The notes beneath the pieces were generated by a model. The model made no database searches and was not told the origin of the DNA. It worked only from the letters and a program-made list of their open reading frames with translations. A stretch of 64,000 bases of DNA, from positions 217 through 64,216 of the forward strand of contig JANOWU010000038.1 of the NCBI GenBank assembly GCA_031418035.1, given 5' to 3'. Both the position numbers and the translations under genes were made by a program. The DNA comes from Acidimicrobiia bacterium. Lineage in GTDB: Bacteria > Actinomycetota > Acidimicrobiia > Acidimicrobiales > JANYDT01. This document shows, one piece after another, positions 51,873 through 60,939 of this stretch; position 1 is the stretch's first letter; every line of letters starts with the position of its first letter.

Positions 51873-53186
51873 GTGATCGACCAGAATGAGGGCGTGGCGA
51901 ACTCGGACCGGTCCCTGCGTCGCGTTGTGGCGCGAGCCGTTCGCCCGCCGGTTCCCGTCGGATCACGTGTTGGGAACCTCCTGCGAGTTCTTGGCTTGTT
52001 GGCGATCGGAACGGCCTATCAAGGGTCGGTTCCGTCGGCGTCGATGACCTACATCGCCAAGGAGTTCGGCAACAGCACAGCGCAGCAATCGCGAGCGCTT
52101 GCGGTCATTCGCGTCGACATCGTGCTGAGCCTCCTGATGCTGCGTTTGGCTGATCGCTTCGGGCGACGTCGACTCTTGCTCGTCACGGCCACGGCCGGGC
52201 CGCTGTTGACGTCATGTTGTTCACTCGCGCCGAATCTGTGGGTGTTCACGGTGCTGCAGGTATGTGCCCGTTCGATGGTCACCGCTACTGCGCTGCTCAT
52301 CACCGTCATCGTGGTGGAAGAGGTTCCTCCGGAGCTACGCACCTGGTCGAGCGCCGCGATGGTTGTTTCTGCTGCACTTGGTTCGGGCCTTGCGTTCACC
52401 GCAGTTGCGATCGGTGACTCGGGGCTGCGAGCGTGGCGAGTTCTCTACGTCGTGCCGCTCGTAAGTCTGGCGGCGGTTGCCGTGGCACGGAGGCGTCTTC
52501 CGGAAAGCCAGCGATTTCTCCACGGGCGACGGTTGTCGCGGTCGTCCGACGAATCCGCAGGCGTCGTCTCGAATGTGCGTGACTTCATGTCTCGAGTTCG
52601 GGTGCATCGCGCTCGACTGATCGTCGTCTCGATTTTCGTGGCGCTCCTGGCGTTCGAGAACACGCCGACTCGACAACTGCAGAACGACTTTCTGCGCAAC
52701 CAACTCGATTTTTCCTCGAAACAGGTCGCATTATTCAGTGTACTTACTAATGTGCCTGGGGTGTTGGGGTTGTTGTGCGGAGGGTTGCTGGGCGATCGGT
52801 TCGGTCACCGGCGTCTTCTTGCCTTCACCATCACCGGCTTCCTCATCGGCGACGCGGGCCTGTTTCTTTCCGACGGCTCGGCGGTGTGGGCATGGAGCGT
52901 CTTCGGGGCATTCTTCGGAGCGGCGTCGATTCCCGTGGTCGCCATCCTTTCCGCCGAGTTGTTCCCGACCGGTTTTCGATCGACCGCCAACGGCGTGACC
53001 ACGGCGGTGAGTCGAATCGGTGGCGTGCTCGGCCTTCTGGTCGCCGGGTCGCTGACTGAAGTGTGGAGTCAGGGATCGGCGATCGCGTTCACCACGATCG
53101 CGTTGTTCTTCTCCCTGTTCCTGCTTCCGCTCATCCCCGAGACGAGTGGACGCGACCTCGAGTCCTTGAACCCCGAGGATGCGTAA
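51873..53186 (+). CDS. MFS transporter
   Basis: About 12 hydrophobic helices and the MFS loop motif LADRFGRRRLLL, repeated as LGDRFGHRRLL in the second half. Confidence 0.8.
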   Translation: MIDQNEGVANSDRSLRRVVARAVRPPVPVGSRVGNLLRVLGLLAIGTAYQGSVPSASMTYIAKEFGNSTAQQSRALAVIRVDIVLSLLMLRLADRFGRRRLLLVTATAGPLLTSCCSLAPNLWVFTVLQVCARSMVTATALLITVIVVEEVPPELRTWSSAAMVVSAALGSGLAFTAVAIGDSGLRAWRVLYVVPLVSLAAVAVARRRLPESQRFLHGRRLSRSSDESAGVVSNVRDFMSRVRVHRARLIVVSIFVALLAFENTPTRQLQNDFLRNQLDFSSKQVALFSVLTNVPGVLGLLCGGLLGDRFGHRRLLAFTITGFLIGDAGLFLSDGSAVWAWSVFGAFFGAASIPVVAILSAELFPTGFRSTANGVTTAVSRIGGVLGLLVAGSLTEVWSQGSAIAFTTIALFFSLFLLPLIPETSGRDLESLNPEDA

Positions 53187-53197
53187 GCGTCCCCGTG

Positions 53198-53800
53198 TCA
53201 GCCCTGGGCGGTGACCCACGATGCGACGAGAGATGCAGCCGCAGCTTCATGCTTCGCGAGCCCGTGGTCGCCGCCCTGTAGCCATTCCTGACGAAACCGG
53301 CCGGGAATTTGGGGCGTGTGGAGAGCGAACTCGTCCACAGTGCCGAATGCGTCACGGGTACCGGAGACGAACAGCGTAGGGACGTTGATCTGCGGAAAGT
53401 GTTGGACCCGCAGGTTGTCCGGCTTGCCCGGTGGGTGGAGGGGGTAGCTGACACAGAAGAGCGCTCGTGCCTGCAGCCCCTCGGCGATGGCCATGGAACA
53501 CATTCGGCCCCCCATTGAACGTCCGCCCAAAACGATCTGGTCGGGTTTCACCGAATGGAGAATCATAAGTTCACGTATTGTCTCGTTGATCGCGGCGACG
53601 CAGACCGGTGCACGGTCCGGGGCTCGACGCCCGGCGGGGCGATACGGGAAGTCCATGCGGTGCACGACCATGTCGAGGCCGGCCTGAGCGCCGTCTGTGA
53701 CCAGCGCGTGGTCGATGGCGAGAAGGGATGAGTGGGTACTCGAACTTCCTGCCCCGGGCGTGAGAAGCACGAGGCGTTTGCGGGTCTTCGTGGTGCGCAT
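53198..53800 (-). CDS. alpha/beta-fold hydrolase (KANL3/Tex30-like, dienelactone-hydrolase-like)
   Basis: Start at the internal ATG 53800 (MRTTKTRKRLVLLTPGAG). Nucleophile elbow GGRSMGG. C-terminal GGDHGL. Confidence 0.7.
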   Translation of the reverse strand: MRTTKTRKRLVLLTPGAGSSSTHSSLLAIDHALVTDGAQAGLDMVVHRMDFPYRPAGRRAPDRAPVCVAAINETIRELMILHSVKPDQIVLGGRSMGGRMCSMAIAEGLQARALFCVSYPLHPPGKPDNLRVQHFPQINVPTLFVSGTRDAFGTVDEFALHTPQIPGRFRQEWLQGGDHGLAKHEAAAASLVASWVTAQG

Positions 53801-53805
53801 GTGAC

Positions 53806-54501
53806 TCAGCCAAGCAGGATCTTGCGGGCGCGCGTGAACTCGACCATCCGTTGCCCGGCATCGTCGACTTGGCCGCCACGGTCCGGATGTGCGTGCCACA
53901 CCGCATCTCGAAAACGCGACTGGATATCGGTTCGCTCGGGCGTGTCGTTGGGACCGAACCCCAGGAGCTTCAGCGCCCAACGCGTGTCGGTGGGCAGAGC
54001 ACGCCACTTCGAAAACGCGGCGTCGTCGCCGAGCATGTGGGCGACGAAACTGTCGTCGAGCACAGCTTCCCAGCGAGCCGCTTTTCTCAGCGCTCGAAAG
54101 GTGGACAGGCGACTCTTGGCGGGCAAACTTGCCGCGGCGTAGAGCGCCCCTAACACCGTGACCTCGGGCAACGCGTGGTCGTCGAGTTCGAACCAGATGT
54201 TTTCGCCTTCGCCGATCAGACTGTGACGGCTGCTGTCGAGCCCGACGGTGTCGCGCTGAAAACGATGCCGAAGACGAGGCTGGGCGATCCGTGTGCCGAA
54301 CTCGAGATCGTCGATCAAATCGTGGACACCCGGCAAGAACTCCGGTTCCAGCTCACCGACGCTGGCCGCGACGAGGCCACCAAGAAGGACGGGGCCCCAA
54401 CCGGGAATCGGTTCCACGGGGAGCATGGAGAATCCGAGAGCCACCCGTCGGGTCGGGGCCACGGGCCGAGAGTGACGAATCTCCAGCTCGGCCAACAACA
54501 C
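53806..54501 (-). CDS. hypothetical protein with a C-terminal J-domain
   Basis: The last ~60 aa are ALKLLGFGPNDTPERTDIQSRFRDAVWHAHPDRGG...MVEFTRARKILLG (helix II, HPD, helix III). The N-terminal ~170 aa are unassigned. Confidence 0.65.
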   Translation of the reverse strand: MLLAELEIRHSRPVAPTRRVALGFSMLPVEPIPGWGPVLLGGLVAASVGELEPEFLPGVHDLIDDLEFGTRIAQPRLRHRFQRDTVGLDSSRHSLIGEGENIWFELDDHALPEVTVLGALYAAASLPAKSRLSTFRALRKAARWEAVLDDSFVAHMLGDDAAFSKWRALPTDTRWALKLLGFGPNDTPERTDIQSRFRDAVWHAHPDRGGQVDDAGQRMVEFTRARKILLG

Positions 54502-54590
54502 GCTGACACGCTATAGCGAGCCGACCCGTTACAGGGATTCTTGCGGCGTCGTGGTTCCGGGAAGGCCCGAATCGGCCCGGCTAGAGTTGC

Positions 54591-55601
54591 GTGGTGAACA
54601 AGTTGCCCCGTCGGTCGCCGTCAATTTCGAGAGCGCTGGTCGGGTGTTTCGTCCTGGTTCTGAGTCTCGCTGCGACGCTTCACGGGGTGCGAGACGGATT
54701 CGCCGGCTCGACGACGGCGCTGCGTCCCCAAGCCATCCAGTCAGACGCGGCGCCGAAAGAAATCCCGCTCTCCGCGGCAAAAGCCGTCGTGCTGGGGCTC
54801 GTCGAAGGAATCACCGAATTCTTGCCGATCAGTTCCACGGGCCACCTTCTCGTTGCCGAACGGCTGCTCGATGTCGGCACCCAGAGCGACGATGCGAAGA
54901 AGGCGGCCGACGCGTATGCGGTCATCATTCAACTCGGTGCAATCGCCGCGGTTCTGTTGATTTCATGGCGGCGGGTACTCGACGTTCTTCAGGGCGTTGT
55001 CGGTAGGAGCGAGACAGGCCGACGTCTGCTGTTCAACCTGCTCGCCGCCTTCGTGCCCGCCGCAACGGTGGGCGTGCTGTTCGACTCGGTGTTGGAAGAG
55101 AACCTGCTCAAGCCCGTGCCCGTCGCGATCGCATGGATCGTGGGCGGAGTAGCGATCCTCGGGCTGTCGCGCCGGTTGGCCGCTTCGAACACCTCGGGTC
55201 GTTTGCTCGACGCAATGACGCCACGACACGCCTTGATCATCGGTGTCGCCCAGGCGCTGGCCCTGTGGCCCGGAGTCAGCCGCAGCCTCGTGACCATCGT
55301 GGCTGCGATCCTTCTCGGCTTTCGTGTGAGCGACGCTGTTGAATTCAGCTTCTTGCTCGGACTCTGCACACTGAGCGCCGCGGCCGGGTACTCGCTGTTG
55401 AAGGACGGCTCGTTGGTGTTCGATACGTTCGGGACGGGAACACCACTGATCGGCATGCTGGTCGCCTTTGTATCGGCTGCGGTGGCGGTCAAGTGGATGG
55501 TCGCCTATCTCAACAAGCGTGACCTGTCCATCTTCGGCATCTACCGCGTGGTTGTCGGCGTCGCGACGCTCGTGCTTGTTGCCACCAATGCGCTGAACTA
55601 A
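54591..55601 (+). CDS. uppP: undecaprenyl-diphosphate phosphatase with an N-terminal ~60-aa extension
   Basis: LVEGITEFLPISSTGHL and the later PGVSRS motif. No in-frame start lies closer to the conserved core. Confidence 0.85.
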   Translation: MVNKLPRRSPSISRALVGCFVLVLSLAATLHGVRDGFAGSTTALRPQAIQSDAAPKEIPLSAAKAVVLGLVEGITEFLPISSTGHLLVAERLLDVGTQSDDAKKAADAYAVIIQLGAIAAVLLISWRRVLDVLQGVVGRSETGRRLLFNLLAAFVPAATVGVLFDSVLEENLLKPVPVAIAWIVGGVAILGLSRRLAASNTSGRLLDAMTPRHALIIGVAQALALWPGVSRSLVTIVAAILLGFRVSDAVEFSFLLGLCTLSAAAGYSLLKDGSLVFDTFGTGTPLIGMLVAFVSAAVAVKWMVAYLNKRDLSIFGIYRVVVGVATLVLVATNALN

Positions 55602-55725
55602 GCGCACATAGTAGGTTGGTTCACTAGGAGGGTGCGAAAATCCTACGTTTCGATCGTTTGTCAATCACATATTCGCTGGTCAACGACGTGTGCTGAGGTC
55701 GGAAGGGAGGTTTTTCGAAACCCCA

Positions 55726-56316
55726 CTAGCTCGGGCCGCGCAACAAGACGGCGACAGAGTTGCGGAGCACCGCGTTCGCAATCGCGATTGCGTCGTCCTT
55801 CTGCGCGTCGACGGTGACGGAGTCTTCGGTGATATCGATAACGGTCGCGTCGATCGCCACTTCGGGTTGGGCCGGATCGACGACGCTGACCAGGTCGCCG
55901 ATTCGCAGGGTGGGGAGACGATCATCGGTGGGCAGAGAAACACCTCGGTGGCCGGTAGCAACGCGCGCGGCGACGGGCGAGAGAAGGCGGCGAGTACGTG
56001 GTGCGATGATGAAATCTCCGGCGTGTACCGCACTCACCACTCGTCGGCCGATGAGCGATGCGACGTCGGCGGTGGAGCCGGTTTCCGCCACGCCTATCGG
56101 CAACTCGACGAGGGAGAGGTCTGCAGGACCGATGCGCGTGCCCACGGGCAGATTGCGTGTGGCCCGGACGACACTGCGACGTTCGCCCCAATTTCGACGC
56201 GTCGCTTCTGCTCGTTGTACGACGGCGAGCGTTGACCAGAGGGCGACGGCGGCGAGACCGAGCGCAACAGGTCGCGAGCGCAGGATTTGGCGGAGCCGAA
56301 CGAGACGAAGATTCAT
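55726..56316 (-). CDS. SAF-domain protein (CpaB/RcpC-like N-terminus)
   Basis: Start at the internal ATG 56316 (MNLRLVRLRQ..), a TM segment, then SAF-like VVRATRNLPVGTRIGPADL. Lies downstream of the FmdB-like gene. Confidence 0.65.
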   Translation of the reverse strand: MNLRLVRLRQILRSRPVALGLAAVALWSTLAVVQRAEATRRNWGERRSVVRATRNLPVGTRIGPADLSLVELPIGVAETGSTADVASLIGRRVVSAVHAGDFIIAPRTRRLLSPVAARVATGHRGVSLPTDDRLPTLRIGDLVSVVDPAQPEVAIDATVIDITEDSVTVDAQKDDAIAIANAVLRNSVAVLLRGPS

Positions 56317-56423
56317 CCCCTCAACTCTGACGGCGCACCGTGCGTTTCGACAGAGGGAAACTGCGCGCTGTGTCCGGGGAAAACGTCGAACAACAGCCCG
56401 ACACAGCGCACATGTCGGCGCGG

Positions 56424-56765
56424 CTAGTGCGAGTGAGTTCCCGGTCCGTGGGAGTGTCCGTGTGAGCTGCTCGGTGAGTCGGCGGACTTCGTGGGGGAGT
56501 CCGATGACGAACTCGACGAACTCGACGAACTCGACGATTCGCTGCTTGAGGAATCGCTCTTCGTGGAGGTCGAGGCGGCCGATGAAGAACCCTTCGAGTC
56601 GGTCTTGTAGAAGCCCGAACCCTTGAACGTGATGCCTACGTTGCCGAAGACCTTGCGCAACGCGCCCTTGCACTGCGGACATTTCGTAAGCGGGTCATCG
56701 GAGAACGACTGCACGGTCTCGAAGTTGTGTCCACACTTCTTGCATAGATATTCATAGGTAGGCAT
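56424..56765 (-). CDS. FmdB-family zinc-ribbon protein with poly-Ser and His-rich tail (Ruc/Rv0991c-like)
   Basis: MPTYEYLCKKCGHNFE...CPQCKG (CxxC..CxxC), then a Ser-rich tract and the C-terminal HGHSHGPGTHSH. Start at the internal ATG 56765. Confidence 0.8.
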   Translation of the reverse strand: MPTYEYLCKKCGHNFETVQSFSDDPLTKCPQCKGALRKVFGNVGITFKGSGFYKTDSKGSSSAASTSTKSDSSSSESSSSSSSSSSSSDSPTKSADSPSSSHGHSHGPGTHSH

Positions 56766-56801
56766 ATTGCTCCACGAGGTTGCATCCACGCGCCGAATGA
56801 T

Positions 56802-56828
56802 TTGGCACTCGCACGATGAGAGTGCCAA
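56802..56828. promoter_or_regulatory. CIRCE-like HrcA operator TTGGCACTC-N9-GAGTGCCAA
   Basis: Perfect 9-bp inverted repeat with a 9-nt spacer, 37 nt upstream of the FmdB-like start. The consensus CIRCE is TTAGCACTC-N9-GAGTGCTAA. Confidence 0.7.
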
Positions 56829-57055
56829 TTGTACTGGTTTGGCGATACTGCCCTGACGATTGCCGCAGAAGACGACGCAACCACGTCCGTTTGCTGGTTG
56901 ATCAACTTTGACCATCAGCGGTGAATCGCTATGGCCAGCGGCGATGTTGGTCACGACCTCGCTTCCGGAGCGACAAAGTGACCGAGAACGCTCGGCGACG
57001 GGAAAAAATCGGGGGTATGAATCAACTTGATACCAAAAAGGGACGATGCTTGGGT

Positions 57056-57937
57056 ATGGCGCAAACCGTTCGCAAAGTTTTGATTCCGGCAGCCGGCTTG
57101 GGCACACGCTTCTTGCCGGCCACGAAGTCGCAACCCAAGGAAATGTTGCCGCTGGTCGACACTCCCGCCATCCAGTTCGTTGTCGAGGAGGCCGTCAACG
57201 CCGGCCTCGATGATGTGTTGGTGATCACCGGACGAAGCAAACGATCGATCGAGGATCACTTCGATCGATCGATCGAGTTGGAGCTGGCCCTCGAACAGGC
57301 CAAGAAGGTCGACGACTTTGACCTGGTTCGAGGCATCGCCGACATGGCTCAGGTGCACTTCGTGCGCCAACCCTTCGCCGGCGGACTCGGCCACGCCATC
57401 TCCTTCGGACAACAGCACATGAACGGCGAAGCGTTCGCAGTAATGCTCCCCGACGACATCATGGTCGATGAGTCGGCCCTGCTGAAGAAGATGATCGAAG
57501 CATATGAAACGCACCGTTGCTCGGTCGTCGCCCTGAAACGGTTCCCACCGTCACAAATCTCGATGTACGGGTGTGCAGGGATTGACGGATTCACCGCCGA
57601 CGGTTTCGCCAAGATCACGAAACTGGTCGAGAAGCCCGCCGTCGAAGACGCCCCGAGTGACCTCGCCATCATGGGCCGCTATCTGTTCACGCCGGCGATC
57701 TTCGACAAGATCGCAAAGACGCCTCCGGGCCGCGGGGGCGAGATCCAGATCACCGACGCAATGTCGTTGCTGCTGAGTGACGAACCGATCCTGGGCGTTA
57801 TCTTCGAAGACGGCCGATACGACATCGGGAACAAACTCGACTTCCTGCGTGCCACCGTAGAGCTCGCCATCGACCGTCCCGATCTCGGCGCCGACTTCCG
57901 CGCCTATCTCCGAGAACTCGTCGGCGGTTGGGACTGA
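57056..57937 (+). CDS. galU: UTP--glucose-1-phosphate uridylyltransferase
   Basis: Start at the internal ATG 57056. VLIPAAGLGTRFLPATKSQPKEMLP and VEKP motifs. Confidence 0.9.
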   Translation: MAQTVRKVLIPAAGLGTRFLPATKSQPKEMLPLVDTPAIQFVVEEAVNAGLDDVLVITGRSKRSIEDHFDRSIELELALEQAKKVDDFDLVRGIADMAQVHFVRQPFAGGLGHAISFGQQHMNGEAFAVMLPDDIMVDESALLKKMIEAYETHRCSVVALKRFPPSQISMYGCAGIDGFTADGFAKITKLVEKPAVEDAPSDLAIMGRYLFTPAIFDKIAKTPPGRGGEIQITDAMSLLLSDEPILGVIFEDGRYDIGNKLDFLRATVELAIDRPDLGADFRAYLRELVGGWD

Positions 57938-57961
57938 CGGCGAAGGGCCTAACCTTGGCCC

Positions 57962-59200
57962 ATGGCCGCCACTGATCTTCGCGACGCGCAGCAGTTCGTC
58001 GTCTCCAATTGCCCGCCGCTCGATGCGGTGGACCTTCCGATTCGCGAAGCCTTCGGATGTGTCCTCGCAGAGACCGTGATTTCTGAGGAGGCAGTGCCTC
58101 CGTTCGCGAACACCGCAATGGATGGTTTCGCGGTTCGGGCCGAAGACATCACCGATGTGCCGTGTGAGTTGGACGTGATATCGACGCTTGCCGCGGGAGC
58201 GCAGCCCACGATGTCCGTCGGTTCGGGGCAGGCGATTCGCATCATGACCGGTGCGGCAATGCCTGACGGAGCAGATGCGATCGTGCCCGTGGAAAACGTC
58301 GACCCGGCAGTACCCGAGGGAATCGTACGTGTGCTTCACAAGCCCAAGTTCGGCGATGCGGTGCGCTCTGCGGGCGAAGACGTGGAGGTCGGTCAGGAGG
58401 TGTTCGCCGCCGGGGCAGTTCTGACGTCGGGACACCTCGGCGTGCTGGCGAGCGTCGGACGCTCACTCGTGCGTGTGCATAGGAAAGTGCGCGTTGGTGT
58501 GCTTTCCACGGGCGACGAGCTCATTTCTCCGCCGACGCCGCTGCTGGTCGGGCAGATTCGTGACTCGAATCGCTACACGCTGCTTTCGCTCGTCAGCGAA
58601 GCGAACGCCGAGCCGGTCGACCTCGGACTGGCCCGCGACTCCGAGGAGGAGATCCGCGAAAAGGTGCAGGAGGGTCTGGCCACGTGCGACGCGCTTGTCA
58701 CGAGTGGCGGGGTGAGTGTCGGAGATTTCGACTTCGTCAAGGTTGTTCTCGACAAGCTCTCGGCGGCCAGCCAACAGCCGATGCGATGGATGCAGATCAA
58801 CATCAAACCGGCGAAGCCTCTCGCGTTCGGTTTGATACACGGGAAGCCGGTCTTTGGTTTGCCAGGGAATCCGGTGTCGTCGATGGTGAGCTTCGAGGTG
58901 TTCGCCCGCCCGGCTCTGCGGCGCATGATGGGCCACGACGACGCATCGCTTCATCGCCGTACGATTCGCGCAATAGCGGGGGAGGATTTGCGGCGCAGCC
59001 GTGATGGCAAGACGCATTTTGCCCGCGTGTTCGGGTCCTTCAACGACGAAGGTCGGCTGGTGGTGCGTTCTTCGGGCGGTCAGGCGTCGAACTTGCTGCG
59101 CACTATGGCGTTGGCAAACGCACTCGCGGTCCTTCCCGATGGCGACACCATCCGCGCCGGGCAGGAGGTCGACGTGACGCTTCTGGGTGCGCCCGTATAG
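57962..59200 (+). CDS. moeA: molybdopterin molybdenumtransferase
   Basis: 412 aa. MoeA pattern MDGFAVRAED, STGDEL and TSGGVSVGDFD. Confidence 0.9.
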   Translation: MAATDLRDAQQFVVSNCPPLDAVDLPIREAFGCVLAETVISEEAVPPFANTAMDGFAVRAEDITDVPCELDVISTLAAGAQPTMSVGSGQAIRIMTGAAMPDGADAIVPVENVDPAVPEGIVRVLHKPKFGDAVRSAGEDVEVGQEVFAAGAVLTSGHLGVLASVGRSLVRVHRKVRVGVLSTGDELISPPTPLLVGQIRDSNRYTLLSLVSEANAEPVDLGLARDSEEEIREKVQEGLATCDALVTSGGVSVGDFDFVKVVLDKLSAASQQPMRWMQINIKPAKPLAFGLIHGKPVFGLPGNPVSSMVSFEVFARPALRRMMGHDDASLHRRTIRAIAGEDLRRSRDGKTHFARVFGSFNDEGRLVVRSSGGQASNLLRTMALANALAVLPDGDTIRAGQEVDVTLLGAPV

Positions 59201-59220
59201 CGCTCGGGTCTACGAGGGCA

Positions 59221-59305
59221 GCCAGCGATGCAGCTATGACGCAGCGATGATGATGCAGGTGACGCAGCGATGATGCAGGTGACGCAGCGATGACGATGCA
59301 GACGA
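59221..59305. repeat. degenerate tandem repeat (units of 17-23 bp built on GACGCAGCGATGA[TC]GATGCAG) between moeA and moaA
   Basis: Units at 59238-59260, 59261-59280 and 59281-59302, plus a partial unit at 59221-59237. Confidence 0.85.
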
Positions 59306-59359
59306 GGTGATTCCAGAGAACTGTGGCGGATTGACGTGGGGAGCCGGTAACCTCGGGCT

Positions 59360-60343
59360 ATGGGGAACCCGCTTGTTGACAGCTTTGGGCGCACGGTTCG
59401 AGATCTTCGTATCTCGGTAACGGATCGCTGCAACTTCCGCTGTACCTACTGCATGCCTGCCGAAGGCATGAAATGGCTGCCTCGAGAGGAGATCCTCACC
59501 TTCGAAGAGATCGAGCGCATCGCGTCGGTGTTCGTGCAGCGTTTCGGTGTCGACGGTATCCGGCTGACGGGTGGCGAACCCACTGTTCGGGCGCACCTTC
59601 CGGTCTTGGTCCAGCGATTGTCTCGCCTCGGCGTTGATTTGGCGATGACGACGAACGGGGCCACGTTTCGCCTGGTCGCCGATGACCTGAAGGCGGCGGG
59701 TCTTCGGCGGGTCAACATCTCCTGTGATTCCTTGGATCGTGACCGCTTCTTCATGATGACGCGGCGCGACGATCTTGCGAAGGTGCTCGACGGGATCGCT
59801 GCGGCAAAGGATGCCGGGTTCGACCCGATCAAGATCAACTGCGTGCTGATGCGTGGCGACAACGACGACGAGATCGTCGACTTTGCCCGGTTCGGCCGCG
59901 AGAACGGAGTGGGCGTTCGCTTTATCGAGTTCATGCCGCTCGACGCCGATGACCAGTGGTCGCGCGACAAGGTGGTTCCCAGCGCTGAGGTGATCCAACG
60001 AATCAACGAGGTCTACCCGCTCGTCAAGATTTCCCATGATCGTCAGCCGTCTGCGCAGTGGGCGTATGCCGATGGAATCGGCGACGTGGGCGTCATCGCC
60101 AGTGTGACCGAGCCGTTCTGCGGCGACTGCGATCGCGTTCGCATCACCGCCGAAGGTCAGTTCCGCACGTGCCTTTTTGCGACCGACGAGTTCGACCTTC
60201 GCGCGGTCATCCGCAACGGGGGTTCCGACGATGAGCTGGCCGAACTGATCCAGCGCGCGGTCGGACAGAAGTGGGCGGGTCACTTGATCGGCAACGTCAA
60301 CTTCATTCGGCCGAAACGGTCAATGAGCCAAATCGGCGGATAG
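59360..60343 (+). CDS. moaA: GTP 3',8-cyclase (radical SAM)
   Basis: CNFRCTYCMP radical-SAM motif and a C-terminal second-cluster CGDCDRVRITAEGQFRTC. Confidence 0.95.
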   Translation: MGNPLVDSFGRTVRDLRISVTDRCNFRCTYCMPAEGMKWLPREEILTFEEIERIASVFVQRFGVDGIRLTGGEPTVRAHLPVLVQRLSRLGVDLAMTTNGATFRLVADDLKAAGLRRVNISCDSLDRDRFFMMTRRDDLAKVLDGIAAAKDAGFDPIKINCVLMRGDNDDEIVDFARFGRENGVGVRFIEFMPLDADDQWSRDKVVPSAEVIQRINEVYPLVKISHDRQPSAQWAYADGIGDVGVIASVTEPFCGDCDRVRITAEGQFRTCLFATDEFDLRAVIRNGGSDDELAELIQRAVGQKWAGHLIGNVNFIRPKRSMSQIGG

Positions 60344-60399
60344 GTCCAGGGCGGAGTCACTCGCTTCAGCGTCTTGGCGGCGGCTTAGACTCGCCGGAA

Positions 60400-60885
60400 A
60401 TGGACGCTGAGTTGACCCCCGAACTGACCCATATCGATCCGCAGGGGCGAGCTCGGATGGTCGACGTCTCACCGAAGGAGCCCACGCGGCGTCGCGCCGT
60501 TGCGCGCTGCGAGGTAGTCATGGAGCCGAGCACCGTTGCCAAGATTGCGTCGAACGAGATGGCGAAGGGCGATGTCTTGGCGGTGGCCCGGGTCGCCGGT
60601 ATCCAGGGAGCAAAACAGACCTCACAGCTGATCCCGTTGTGTCATCAGCTCAACATTTCGTCGGTGCTCGTGAGTTTTTCGCTCGAATCCGATCGGGTGC
60701 TCGTGGAGTCGGTGGTCGACGTCATCGATCGCACGGGCGTGGAGATGGAGGCCATGACGGCATGTGCGGTGGCCGCGCTCACGATTTATGACATGTGCAA
60801 GGCCGTGGATCGTTCGATCACGATCGGCGACCTGAAGTTGTGGGAGAAGTCGGGCGGGCGCTCTGGGACCTACCGCCGCGAGTAG
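60400..60885 (+). CDS. moaC: cyclic pyranopterin monophosphate synthase
   Basis: Start at the internal ATG 60400. MVDVSPKEPTRR, LIPLCHQL and GVEMEAMTA blocks. Confidence 0.9.
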   Translation: MDAELTPELTHIDPQGRARMVDVSPKEPTRRRAVARCEVVMEPSTVAKIASNEMAKGDVLAVARVAGIQGAKQTSQLIPLCHQLNISSVLVSFSLESDRVLVESVVDVIDRTGVEMEAMTACAVAALTIYDMCKAVDRSITIGDLKLWEKSGGRSGTYRRE

Positions 60886-60899
60886 GTCGAGAACGAACG

Positions 60900-60923
60900 A
60901 AGACCCGGCCGGGGCCGGGTCTT
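60900..60923. terminator. GC-rich bidirectional hairpin between moaC and tRNA-Ala
   Basis: aagacccggcc-gg-ggccgggtctt, a perfect inverted repeat. Confidence 0.55.
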
Positions 60924-60939
60924 GCGCACGGTTTTGGAG

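Noticed and set aside
59201-59359. Possible Moco (molybdenum cofactor) riboswitch upstream of moaA
   Set aside because: I could not recognise the conserved Moco-motif core or a convincing multi-stem fold. The region is dominated by simple tandem repeats. An Infernal scan is needed for a definitive answer.
59234-60283. 349-aa minus-strand ORF
   Set aside because: It is antisense to moaA, whose radical-SAM motifs are clear.
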